Source of the DNA: Deltaproteobacteria bacterium | Lineage (GTDB): Bacteria > Desulfobacterota > Desulfobaccia > Desulfobaccales > Desulfobaccaceae | Length of the DNA: 37,736 nt | Direction of reading: 5' to 3' | NCBI GenBank assembly: GCA_016874895.1 | Contig: VGSX01000001.1 | Span: 1-37,736, forward strand | Part shown: in pieces, positions 8,046-15,791 of the stretch | Numbering within the stretch: the stretch's first letter is position 1 | Layout of the letters: each line of letters starts with the position of its first letter | Translations under genes and position numbers: made by a program | Notes under the pieces: model-generated | Databases searched by the model: none | Told to the model about the DNA's origin: nothing | What the model saw: the letters and a program-made list of their open reading frames with translations, nothing else

Positions 8046-8330
8046 GGCGTTCAGCTATCAGCATTCAGCTTTCACCAAAAGAACGATGAGTTAACCTAAC
8101 TAATGCAAAAGATCATGGCCTATGGGGGCCACCCCCGACTATTAAAATCCCCCCTGACCCCCCTTTAGAAAAGGGGGGGATAATGAAGGAGGTTTTTAAA
8201 AGTCCCCCTTTGGTAAAGGGGGATTTAGGGGGATTTTCACATTAAAAATAGTGGTATAATCAAATATTATGCCAACGGTTGGAATTAATTATTTCATCTG
8301 GCTACTGAAAGCTGACCCTGGAACGCTAAC
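8046..8330 (-). repeat. Heptamer-armed element, copy C, interrupted by nested palindromic elements
   Basis: GGCGTTCAGCTATCAGCATTCAGCTTTCAC..ATGAGTTAA matches the arm at 31195-31241. A decayed opposite arm CTGAAAGCTGACC..GAACGCTAAC lies at about 8305-8330. Confidence 0.7.
8144..8237. repeat. Complete AAAATCCCCC...GGGGGATTTT double-hairpin element (94 bp, MITE-like)
   Basis: 10-bp terminal inverted repeats, each arm holding a CCCCCTTT..AAAGGGGG hairpin. Relatives at 4480-4517 and 30723-30802. Confidence 0.85.
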
Positions 8331-8394
8331 GGAAAAATAATTGATTCTGCCCCTCAGTTTTTACCTCCTAATTCAAGACTCCATTGGACGGAAA

Positions 8395-8411
8395 AGCAAT
8401 GCCCATGCCAA
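8395..8411 (-). promoter_or_regulatory. Sigma54 (-24/-12) promoter TTGGCATGGGCATTGCT
   Basis: Exact GG-N10-GC spacing and a close match to TGGCACG-N4-TTGCW. Points toward the usp-tauE unit, and a sigma54 activator is encoded in the same locus. Confidence 0.8.
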
Positions 8412-8493
8412 ATCTCGCTCTCCCCGGCAGCGAGATAACTCAATGATATATGTTGATTTTTTTAATTAAAAATTGAAGGCCGTCGAAAGACTC

Positions 8494-8520
8494 TGTCAAC
8501 ATTTTTTACAGACTGTAAAA
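8494..8520. promoter_or_regulatory. Candidate enhancer (UAS) for the sigma54 activator
   Basis: TGTCAACATTTTTTACA (TGT-N11-ACA) overlaps the perfect palindrome TTTTACAG-A-CTGTAAAA. It lies about 85-110 bp upstream of the -24 box, beyond an AT-rich spacer. Confidence 0.55.
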
Positions 8521-8633
8521 GAGAAGCTTCCAAAGCCGCGGTCAAGAGGCCGGATGAGGCGGCCATGGTGAAAATAAATTGAATTTAATGGGTAAAATGA
8601 TTATTTATGATAGGTGTCACTGATAGGCGAAAA

Positions 8634-8774
8634 GTATGCGGTCAGCTTACAGCCGTCAGCTAATGCTTTAACTTCAAATGGTTATTCCAAGATGGCAGAT
8701 CGCTGGTTTCTCGCTTAGTTTGCCTAACCTATTGTTTTTGCTGAAAGCTGAATGCTGATAGCTGAACGCCTACA
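8634..8774 (+). repeat. Heptamer-armed ~140 bp element, copy A
   Basis: Left arm GCGGTCAGCTTACAGCCGTCAGCTAA, right arm GCTGAAAGCTGAATGCTGATAGCTGAACGCCT. 8731-8771 is 40/41 identical to the reverse complement of 31194-31234. Confidence 0.85.
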
Positions 8775-8830
8775 GCGAAAAAAGCTCGCTGCCTTTCCTC
8801 CCGGAAAACGGCCAGACAAGGGGTAATTAC

Positions 8831-11485
8831 GTGACCATTATTGAAAATTTAAAAAGGCTGTTCGGTTTCCTGCTTCGCAAGGATCAATCCGAGCGCCGGG
8901 ACCTTGCCAGCCTTTTCCGCTTTAAATACAGTCTCTTTAAGGAATTGCTGGCAGCCAATACCGAACTTCTTAATGTCATCACGGATATCGAAGAAAAACT
9001 GCAGGGCCGCCAGCTCTTCGGCATGTCCTATATCCGCTCCCAGACCTCCCGGGCGGTGTTTTATAGTTTTCGCATGGTGAAAAGCCTGGATGTCCTTTCC
9101 GGGCGCTGTTACCTGGATTTATACCGCGTGCTGGAAAAGATCCATAACCAGATCAAGGAAATCGTGGGCCAGAAGAGGGAACTGGACGCCCCGACGCTGA
9201 TAATGCCCTTTGCTGAGATAACCAAAGATATGAGTGATTGGGTGGGCGGCAAAAGCGCCAATCTGGGGGAGGTGCGCAACCGGGCCGGACTTCCCGTGCC
9301 CCGGGGGTTCGCCATTACCACCGCGGCCTACGACCTCTTTCTCAGCCGCAATGACCTCAGCAACGAGATCAATAAGCGGCGGATGAATATCGACGTCAAT
9401 GAACCGGAAAGCATCGAGGCCGTGAGCCGGGACATCCAGGCCCTGGTGCTGGCCGCCGCGGTTCCCGAGGAACTGGCCCAGGCCCTGGCCGAGGCTTATG
9501 ACACCTTAGCCTCGGAAATCGCTCCGGCAGCCCCCAAGGCAGCACAACCCAGCGTCTCCCTGCGGAGCAGCGCCATCGGCGAAGACAGCGACTGGTCCTT
9601 TGCCGGGCAATATCTCACCGTCCTCAATGTGGCCCCGGATCAATTGGGCGAAACTTATAAACAGATCGTCGCCAGCCTCTATTCCCCCCGGGCCATTGCC
9701 TACCGGCTGAACAAGGGCATCCGGGACGAAGACATGGCCATGAGCGTCACCTGTCTGGAGATGGTGCCCTCAGTGGCCAGCGGGGTGGTCTATACCCGGC
9801 ACCCATTCAATGTCCTGGACGATAACATCATGATCAGCGCAGTCTGGGGTCTGGGTCCCTATGCCGTGGACGGCGTGGTATCCCCGGACTCCTACAGGGC
9901 GGCCAAGGATGAAGCCTTGAGCCTTTTGGAAGTCCGGACCGCCCGCAAACCGGTGCGGCTCGTCACCCTTCCCGAAGGAGGAGTGGGGGAGCAGCCGGTC
10001 CCCGAGGCCCAGCAGGAAGTTCCCTGCCTCTCCCCGGAACAGATCAAAGTCCTGGCCGGGTACGCCCGCAGCCTGGAAGAGCATTACAAAGGGCCCCAGG
10101 ATATTGAATGGGCCCTGAACCCCGAGGGGCGCCTGCTCATCCTGCAGACCCGCCCCCTGCATCTGCAGGCTGCCGAGATCGGCGACGTGGAGGTTGACAT
10201 AGACCTTGACGTGCACCCCCTGATGGTGGAGCGGGGCGCGGTGGCCCAGCCGGGCATCGGCTGCGGGCCGGCCTTTATCCTGCAAGCGGAGTCGGAGCTG
10301 GGGCAGTTCCCCGAGGGGGCGGTGCTGGTGGCCAAACACTCCTCCCCGAAATTCGCCCTGGTCATGCGGCGGGCCCAGGCCATCGTCACGGATTCGGGCA
10401 GCGTCAGCGGTCACATGGCCGCGGTGGCCCGGGAACTGGGCGTGCCCACAGTCCTCGACACCAAAAATGCCACCGCCAGTATCCCCCCGGGGGCTGAGAT
10501 TACCGTGGACGCCTACCACGGCAGGGTGTATGCCGGCCGGGTGGAGAAATTACTGGCCATCCAGCCACCCCGGGAGTCCCACATGGAAGATACGCCGGTA
10601 TATCAGACCCTCAAACAGGTGGCCGCCTTGATTACCCCCCTGAACCTCATCGATCCCAAGGCTCCCGACTTCGACGCAGAGCACTGCCAGACCCTGCACG
10701 ACATCGGCCGCCTGGTGCACGAATTTTCCTATCAGACCATGTTCCAGGTGAGCGACCTGGTCACCGACGAGTCAGGCGGGGCCGTGAAGCTGGACGCCCC
10801 CATTCCCTTGGATCTCTATATCATCGACCTGGGGGAGGGGCTGCATAACGGCCATCCCCCCGGGCAGGTGGGGGTGGAGCAGATCAACTCCGCACCGTTC
10901 AGGGCCCTGCTCAAGGGTATGCTGCACGAGGAATTGCGCGTTTACGGACCCCGGCCGGTGCAATTTTCGGGGTTTCTGTCGGTCATGCGGGAGCAGATGC
11001 TGGCGAGCCCCGGGGACCGTTTCGGGGACCGCAGCTATGCCATTATCTCCGACAAATACCTCAATTTCAGCTCCCGGGTGGGCTACCATTACAGCATCCT
11101 GGACGCCTACTGCGGCGACACGGTGAACAAAAATTACATCACCTTCTCCTTTAAAGGCGGGGCCGCGGACGAAGTGCGGAAAAACCGCCGGGTGCGGGCC
11201 ATCGCCCAGGTCCTGGAAGCCCTGGACTTTCAGGTGGAGGTGACCGGCGACCGGGTCTATGCCCGGTTCCAGAAGTATCCCAAGCAGGAGATCGAAACTA
11301 AACTGGACATGGTGGGCCGGCTGCTGCAGTTTACCCGCCAGATGGACATGCTCATGCACACCGAAACCAGCGTGGCCATGGTGGCCAAGAATTTCCTGGA
11401 GGGCAATTATCACTATGAGAAGGATTTTGCCGATAAAATTCCCGAGGAAGAACCGTCCCCCAAACCTGATTTTCCCTCCCTGTAA
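8831..11485 (+). CDS. PEP-synthase/PPDK-like dikinase (ATP-grasp PPDK_N + phospho-His swivel domain + unassigned C-terminal domain)
   Basis: VGGKSANLGE, PVPRGFAITT, RSSAIGED..SFAGQY, AVWGLG, PQDIEWA, ILQTRP, and His domain GSVSGHMAAVARELG. The PEP/pyruvate TIM-barrel motifs are absent. GTG start with SD AAGGGG. Confidence 0.85.
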   Translation: MTIIENLKRLFGFLLRKDQSERRDLASLFRFKYSLFKELLAANTELLNVITDIEEKLQGRQLFGMSYIRSQTSRAVFYSFRMVKSLDVLSGRCYLDLYRVLEKIHNQIKEIVGQKRELDAPTLIMPFAEITKDMSDWVGGKSANLGEVRNRAGLPVPRGFAITTAAYDLFLSRNDLSNEINKRRMNIDVNEPESIEAVSRDIQALVLAAAVPEELAQALAEAYDTLASEIAPAAPKAAQPSVSLRSSAIGEDSDWSFAGQYLTVLNVAPDQLGETYKQIVASLYSPRAIAYRLNKGIRDEDMAMSVTCLEMVPSVASGVVYTRHPFNVLDDNIMISAVWGLGPYAVDGVVSPDSYRAAKDEALSLLEVRTARKPVRLVTLPEGGVGEQPVPEAQQEVPCLSPEQIKVLAGYARSLEEHYKGPQDIEWALNPEGRLLILQTRPLHLQAAEIGDVEVDIDLDVHPLMVERGAVAQPGIGCGPAFILQAESELGQFPEGAVLVAKHSSPKFALVMRRAQAIVTDSGSVSGHMAAVARELGVPTVLDTKNATASIPPGAEITVDAYHGRVYAGRVEKLLAIQPPRESHMEDTPVYQTLKQVAALITPLNLIDPKAPDFDAEHCQTLHDIGRLVHEFSYQTMFQVSDLVTDESGGAVKLDAPIPLDLYIIDLGEGLHNGHPPGQVGVEQINSAPFRALLKGMLHEELRVYGPRPVQFSGFLSVMREQMLASPGDRFGDRSYAIISDKYLNFSSRVGYHYSILDAYCGDTVNKNYITFSFKGGAADEVRKNRRVRAIAQVLEALDFQVEVTGDRVYARFQKYPKQEIETKLDMVGRLLQFTRQMDMLMHTETSVAMVAKNFLEGNYHYEKDFADKIPEEEPSPKPDFPSL

Positions 11486-11522
11486 GATCATTGCCGCCAA
11501 GGTGTTACCGTGCAAATCTTCC

Positions 11523-11548
11523 GTAGGGGCAGGCCCCCGTGCCTGCCC
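11523..11548 (+). repeat. GTAG-family REP GTAG-GGGCAGGC-ccccgt-GCCTGCCC
   Basis: GTAG foot followed by an 8-bp palindrome, just after the dikinase stop codon. Confidence 0.7.
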
Positions 11549-11663
11549 GAACAGACTCTCCATCCCGGCCCTGCAAAACTCCAATATTTTCCAAATAGTT
11601 CAGAAAATATCTTAACTCATTGACGACCGGTATCGATTATTTTTTCACAATGAAAGAATTTTC

Positions 11664-11693
11664 TTGACAAATGGGGGTCATACACCGTATTTT
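11664..11693 (+). promoter_or_regulatory. Sigma70 promoter of the dcw operon
   Basis: TTGACA-N18-TATTTT upstream of mraZ. Confidence 0.6.
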
Positions 11694-11700
11694 ACACCCA

Positions 11701-11740
11701 AGTGGGAGAAAATGGTACATTATGGATTAAAATGGGGAAT
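11701..11740 (+). promoter_or_regulatory. MraZ operator (four TGG boxes at 10-bp period)
   Basis: AGTGGGAGAA AATGGTACAT TATGGATTAA AATGGGGAAT matches the known TGGG/GTGG repeat operators of MraZ. Confidence 0.7.
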
Positions 11741-11751
11741 AGGGGGCCACA

Positions 11752-12186
11752 TTGTTCCGGGGGCGCTTTTACCATGTCATGGATGACAAAGGGCGCATCA
11801 CCATCCCGCCGCGCTACCGCGAGATCCTGACGGAGCGCCAAGACCGGCACCTCATTGTCACCAACCTGGACGGCTATCTGATCGCCTTCCCGCAATCGGA
11901 GTGGGAAGGTATTGAGCAGAGACTGAGCCAGCTTTCCATTCTCCAAAAAGAATTCAGGTCCTTTCAAAGGTTTTTTGTCTCGGGAGCGTCTGAATGTCCA
12001 TTGGATCGCCAGGGGAGGATTCTTCTGCCTCCCAGTTTAAGAGAGTACGCTAAATTAGACAAGGATGTTGTGTTAGCGGGAGCGGTACGCTGTTTTGAAA
12101 TCTGGGACCGGAGGAGTTGGGACCAGGAAATGGCGCGCATCGAACAAATGGACAGCGACGAGGTAAGAAAGGAATTGGGGATTTAG
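11752..12186 (+). CDS. mraZ: Transcriptional repressor MraZ
   Basis: MFRG...DDKGRITIP and LDRQGRILLP (two DxxGR motifs). First gene of the dcw cluster; TTG start. Confidence 0.96.
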   Translation: MFRGRFYHVMDDKGRITIPPRYREILTERQDRHLIVTNLDGYLIAFPQSEWEGIEQRLSQLSILQKEFRSFQRFFVSGASECPLDRQGRILLPPSLREYAKLDKDVVLAGAVRCFEIWDRRSWDQEMARIEQMDSDEVRKELGI

Positions 12187-13088
12187 CCACCACCGAGGGA
12201 ATTCTCCACACGCCGGTTATGGTAACGGAGGTTCTTGCCGGCCTGAGCTGCCGACCTGATGGGGTGTACGTGGACGGCACCCTGGGACTGGGCGGCCACG
12301 CCGAGGCGATCCTGGTGGCAAGTTCGCCGTCCGGCCGGCTGGTGGGTTTGGACCAGGACCGGGCGGCCCTGCACAAAGCGGCCCAGCGCCTGCATCCTTT
12401 CGGCTCCCGGGCCCTTCTCATTCACAGTTGCTATAGTCACCTGGCGGAGGTTTTGGCAGAGCTCCAGATTGGTTCGGTCGCGGGCATCCTGCTGGACCTC
12501 GGCATTTCCACCGACCAGTTGCAGGTTTCCGGACGCGGTTTCAGTTTTGGGGGAGAGGAGCCTTTGGACATGCGCATGAATCCGGATGCTCAAGAGATTA
12601 CGGCCGCGGACTTGCTCAATGAAAAACCCGAGGCGGAATTAAACCGTCTGTTCTGGGAATTGGGGGAAGAGAGGTGGGCCCGCCGGATAGCCCGCCGGGT
12701 GGTGCAGGTCCGCCAACAGATCCCGTTGCGGACCACGGCCCAGCTGGTGGAGCTCATCCGGCAGGCGGTCCCGGTTCCTTCCCGGCGCATCCATCCCGCC
12801 ACCCGGGTCTTCCAGGCCCTGCGCCTCGCGGTCAATCAAGAACTGGAAAAATTAGCCGCCTTCATCCCCCAGGCCATTGCGGCCCTGGAGCCCCAGGGAC
12901 GCCTGGTGATCATCGCCTATCATTCTTTGGAAGACCGCATCGTCAAGCAGGCTTTTATCCGGGCGGAACAGAACGGTTTGCTTAAGCGGGTGCATAAAAA
13001 ACCGCTGGTGCCGCAACCGGAGGAAGTAAAACGCAATCCCAGCGCCCGCAGCGCCAAGCTGCGGGTCGCCGCCAGGCTGGCGGCTTAG
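12117..13088 (+). CDS. rsmH: 16S rRNA m4C1402 methyltransferase RsmH (true start uncertain, probably near 12174-12219)
   Basis: HTPVM, DGTLGLGGHA, DLGIST.Q, GFSF, PLDMRM, HPATRVFQALR.AVN.EL, HSLEDRIVK, RSAKLR. Confidence 0.95.
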   Translation: MGPGNGAHRTNGQRRGKKGIGDLATTEGILHTPVMVTEVLAGLSCRPDGVYVDGTLGLGGHAEAILVASSPSGRLVGLDQDRAALHKAAQRLHPFGSRALLIHSCYSHLAEVLAELQIGSVAGILLDLGISTDQLQVSGRGFSFGGEEPLDMRMNPDAQEITAADLLNEKPEAELNRLFWELGEERWARRIARRVVQVRQQIPLRTTAQLVELIRQAVPVPSRRIHPATRVFQALRLAVNQELEKLAAFIPQAIAALEPQGRLVIIAYHSLEDRIVKQAFIRAEQNGLLKRVHKKPLVPQPEEVKRNPSARSAKLRVAARLAA

Positions 13089-13199
13089 CGGCTGGACTAT
13101 TCAGGAGGTGGTTTTAGCGCGTCGGTCTCTGGATGAAATAAGGTTTTGGCTCCTGAAAGACTTTTTTCACGCTAATAATTCTTCACCCAGGAAGGATGA

Positions 13200-13565
13200 G
13201 TGATTATGCCCCGAAACCAAATCCGCAGCGTCGCCTTGGAAAAAGTTCTGGCCAGCGACAATCGCCGTGTGACGCCGGTGTACGCCGTTCCCCAGCTCGG
13301 AAAAGGCAAAATGACCATTTTCATCGTGCTGTTAGCCGGAATGGTTACCATCGGTTGCCTCATTGCCTGGTCCCACCTGCAATTTATCACCTATAACTAC
13401 CAGATTTCCCAGAAGTACGCTGATCAAAAAGAGTTGCATAATATCAATCGCAAGCTGAAGGTTGAGTTGGCGAGCTTGAAATCGTTGCCCCGTTTGGAGC
13501 GTTTGGCCACGGAGACCTATAATATGGCTCCTCCTGAACCGCAACAGGTCATCAATTTGAAATGA
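13200..13565 (+). CDS. ftsL: Cell division protein FtsL
   Basis: Short bitopic protein with a TM helix, a leucine zipper (LKVELASLKSLPRLERLA) and a C-terminal M.PP.P.QV. Located between rsmH and ftsI. Confidence 0.8.
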   Translation: MIMPRNQIRSVALEKVLASDNRRVTPVYAVPQLGKGKMTIFIVLLAGMVTIGCLIAWSHLQFITYNYQISQKYADQKELHNINRKLKVELASLKSLPRLERLATETYNMAPPEPQQVINLK

Positions 13566-15637
13566 ACTTTATGCTTAACAAATGGGTCCGGGTCCGCATT
13601 ATCCTCGTGGGACTGGGTCTGGCCGTGTTCTTCCTGGCCATCCTGGGGCGGATTGTCGACCTTAAGTTCATCAAGGGCCCTGCCCTCGAGGATATGGCCC
13701 TGCGGGAACACCAGAAGAACTTCCCGGTGTTGCCCATCCGCGGCTCCATTCTGGACCGCAACCGGACAGAATTGGCAATTAGTACTTTTGTGAAATCCCT
13801 GGGGGCCCACCCCCGGCGCATAGCCGACAAGCGGCAATTGAGCCGTAAGCTGGCCCCTTTGATTGGCATGAATGCTGCGACCATCCAGGAAATATTAGAA
13901 AGAGATCGGCCCTTTGTCTGGGTGAAACGGCATCTGACCCCGCAACAGGCCGCCGCAGTGGAAAAATTTAAAGCAGAGTTGGAACAGCAGGTCAAGGCCA
14001 GAGGCAAAAATGCCTCGGAGGACAGCGATGCCCTGACCCGAACTGGGAATGCCTTTTATCTCCTGCCGGAGGCCCGGCGCTACTATCCGCACCGGACTCT
14101 GGCCGGTCCGATCCTGGGGTTCTGCAATATCGACGGCCACGGGGCCGAGGGGCTGGAGCTGCAATACGACAAATATATCTATGGCAAGCCCCAAAAAAGC
14201 CTGAACATTCTGGATGCCCGGGGTCAGATCGTCATCTCCAGCGAAAAGGAGTTGATCGACCAGACCATGGGCGATAATTTAATTCTCAGTATTGATCGGA
14301 CTATTCAGTACATTGCCGAGAAAGAACTGGAGCAGGGAGTTAAGAAATGGCATGCCGCCGGGGGCTTTGCGGTGGTTGTGGTCCCCCAGACCGGTGAGGT
14401 CCTGGCCATGGCGCAGATGCCGCCCTTTGATCCCAATCACTATCATAAGTATTGCAAGGATTATTACCAGAATCGCAATGTCACGGTGGCCCTGGAGCCG
14501 GGTTCGACTTTTAAGATTTTCACCGTGGCCGCGGCCCTGGACGCCAAGACAGTAAAACCCACGGACCCCTATCACTGCGAAAATGGCAGATTCAGTCTCG
14601 GGGGCAGCGGGGTCATTAACGATGTGCATCCCTACGGCTCCCTCACGGTGGCCGAAATTATCAAAAAGTCCAGCAACATCGGGGCGGCCAAGATAGGCCT
14701 GAAACTGGGCCCCCAGAAAACCGAGCACTATTTAAAAGGCTTCGGCTTCGGGCAAAGAACCGGCATCAACTATGCCGGGGAAAATTATGGGCTGGTGCGC
14801 AATATCACGTCAACTCGAGCCTTGATTGACCGGGTCACCGTTTCCTTCGGGCAGGGGATCACCACGACGCCCCTGCAATTGGCCATGGCCCTGGCCGCCA
14901 TCGCCAATGACGGGATTCTCATGAAGCCCATCCTGGTCAAAGAAATCGTCAATCACCAGGGGGAAGTGGTGGAAAAATATGAGCCTACCCCGGTGCGGCA
15001 GGTGCTGTCCCCGGAAACGGCCAGAATTATGCTGGGTATGATGAAATCGGTAACCGAACAGGGAGGCACCGGGACTGAGGCGGTCCCCCCGGGCTACGCG
15101 GTGGCCGGCAAGACGGGCACCGCCCAGAAAGTGGTGGGCAAGGCTTTTTCCAAATCCAAGTATAATGCTCTGTTCATCGGGGTGGCCCCGGCGGAGAAGC
15201 CGGTCCTGGCCATTGTCGTGGTAATCGACGAACCCAAGGGGGCCATATACGGCGGCGTGGTGGCGGCTCCCATCTTCCGGGGGATAGCCGGACAATCCTT
15301 AAAATTTCTGGGATATTATCCCCAGCTGGAAAAAATGCAGCCCCCGGAAACGCAGACGGCCAAATCTTCCAAAACTCCGAAGCCGGAAGCCGCGCTGGCG
15401 CAGCCCCCGGCCCCTGTGGAGTCGGATATCCTGGGCCTGCCGTTAAAACCAGGCCCTTTGAAGCAGATGCCCAACCTGGTGGGGCTGCCCATCCGCCAGG
15501 TTCTGGCAATTCTCAACCAGGCCGGGATACGCTGCGAAATTGAAGGCCGGGGGCTGGCAGTGGAACAGCGCCCTGATCCAGGCGCGCCCCTGCCCCCGAA
15601 CAACGTGTGTTACGTGAAGTTTAAGCCGCATTCCTGA
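13562..15637 (+). CDS. ftsI: Peptidoglycan D,D-transpeptidase FtsI (PBP3) with C-terminal PASTA domain
   Basis: RGSILDRN, RRYYP, GLE, EPGSTFK (SxxK), KSSN (SxN), GKTGTAQ (KTG), MPNLVG PASTA domain. Confidence 0.95.
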   Translation: MNFMLNKWVRVRIILVGLGLAVFFLAILGRIVDLKFIKGPALEDMALREHQKNFPVLPIRGSILDRNRTELAISTFVKSLGAHPRRIADKRQLSRKLAPLIGMNAATIQEILERDRPFVWVKRHLTPQQAAAVEKFKAELEQQVKARGKNASEDSDALTRTGNAFYLLPEARRYYPHRTLAGPILGFCNIDGHGAEGLELQYDKYIYGKPQKSLNILDARGQIVISSEKELIDQTMGDNLILSIDRTIQYIAEKELEQGVKKWHAAGGFAVVVVPQTGEVLAMAQMPPFDPNHYHKYCKDYYQNRNVTVALEPGSTFKIFTVAAALDAKTVKPTDPYHCENGRFSLGGSGVINDVHPYGSLTVAEIIKKSSNIGAAKIGLKLGPQKTEHYLKGFGFGQRTGINYAGENYGLVRNITSTRALIDRVTVSFGQGITTTPLQLAMALAAIANDGILMKPILVKEIVNHQGEVVEKYEPTPVRQVLSPETARIMLGMMKSVTEQGGTGTEAVPPGYAVAGKTGTAQKVVGKAFSKSKYNALFIGVAPAEKPVLAIVVVIDEPKGAIYGGVVAAPIFRGIAGQSLKFLGYYPQLEKMQPPETQTAKSSKTPKPEAALAQPPAPVESDILGLPLKPGPLKQMPNLVGLPIRQVLAILNQAGIRCEIEGRGLAVEQRPDPGAPLPPNNVCYVKFKPHS

Positions 15638-15791
15638 CCGGTTGGGCCGGAAGCCGCCAGGGCTGCCCCAGGGCGCATTAATCTTGCAATGGGAGGAGAG
15701 ATTGGATAGTCTTAAAATATCTTTACCAAGCTCTCATTTTCTCCAATCTCCGCAATACATCATAATTGAGAAAGCATCCGAGGGTATATCC

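Noticed and set aside
7908-8099. 63-aa ORF ending in VQLSAFSFHQK
   Set aside because: It is antisense to usp and ends in translated heptamer repeat.
8831-11485. Calling this gene ppsA or ppdK
   Set aside because: The C-terminal PEP/pyruvate-binding barrel motifs are missing; only the ATP-grasp and His domains match.
11486-11751. Possible rnpB or other ncRNA upstream of mraZ
   Set aside because: The spacer is short and AT-rich and is explained by a REP, a promoter and MraZ boxes; no RNase P conserved motifs are present.
15684-15751. Possible internal promoter (TTGCAA-N17-TAGTCT) and a 9-bp inverted repeat before murE
   Set aside because: The matches are too weak to distinguish from chance without TSS data.
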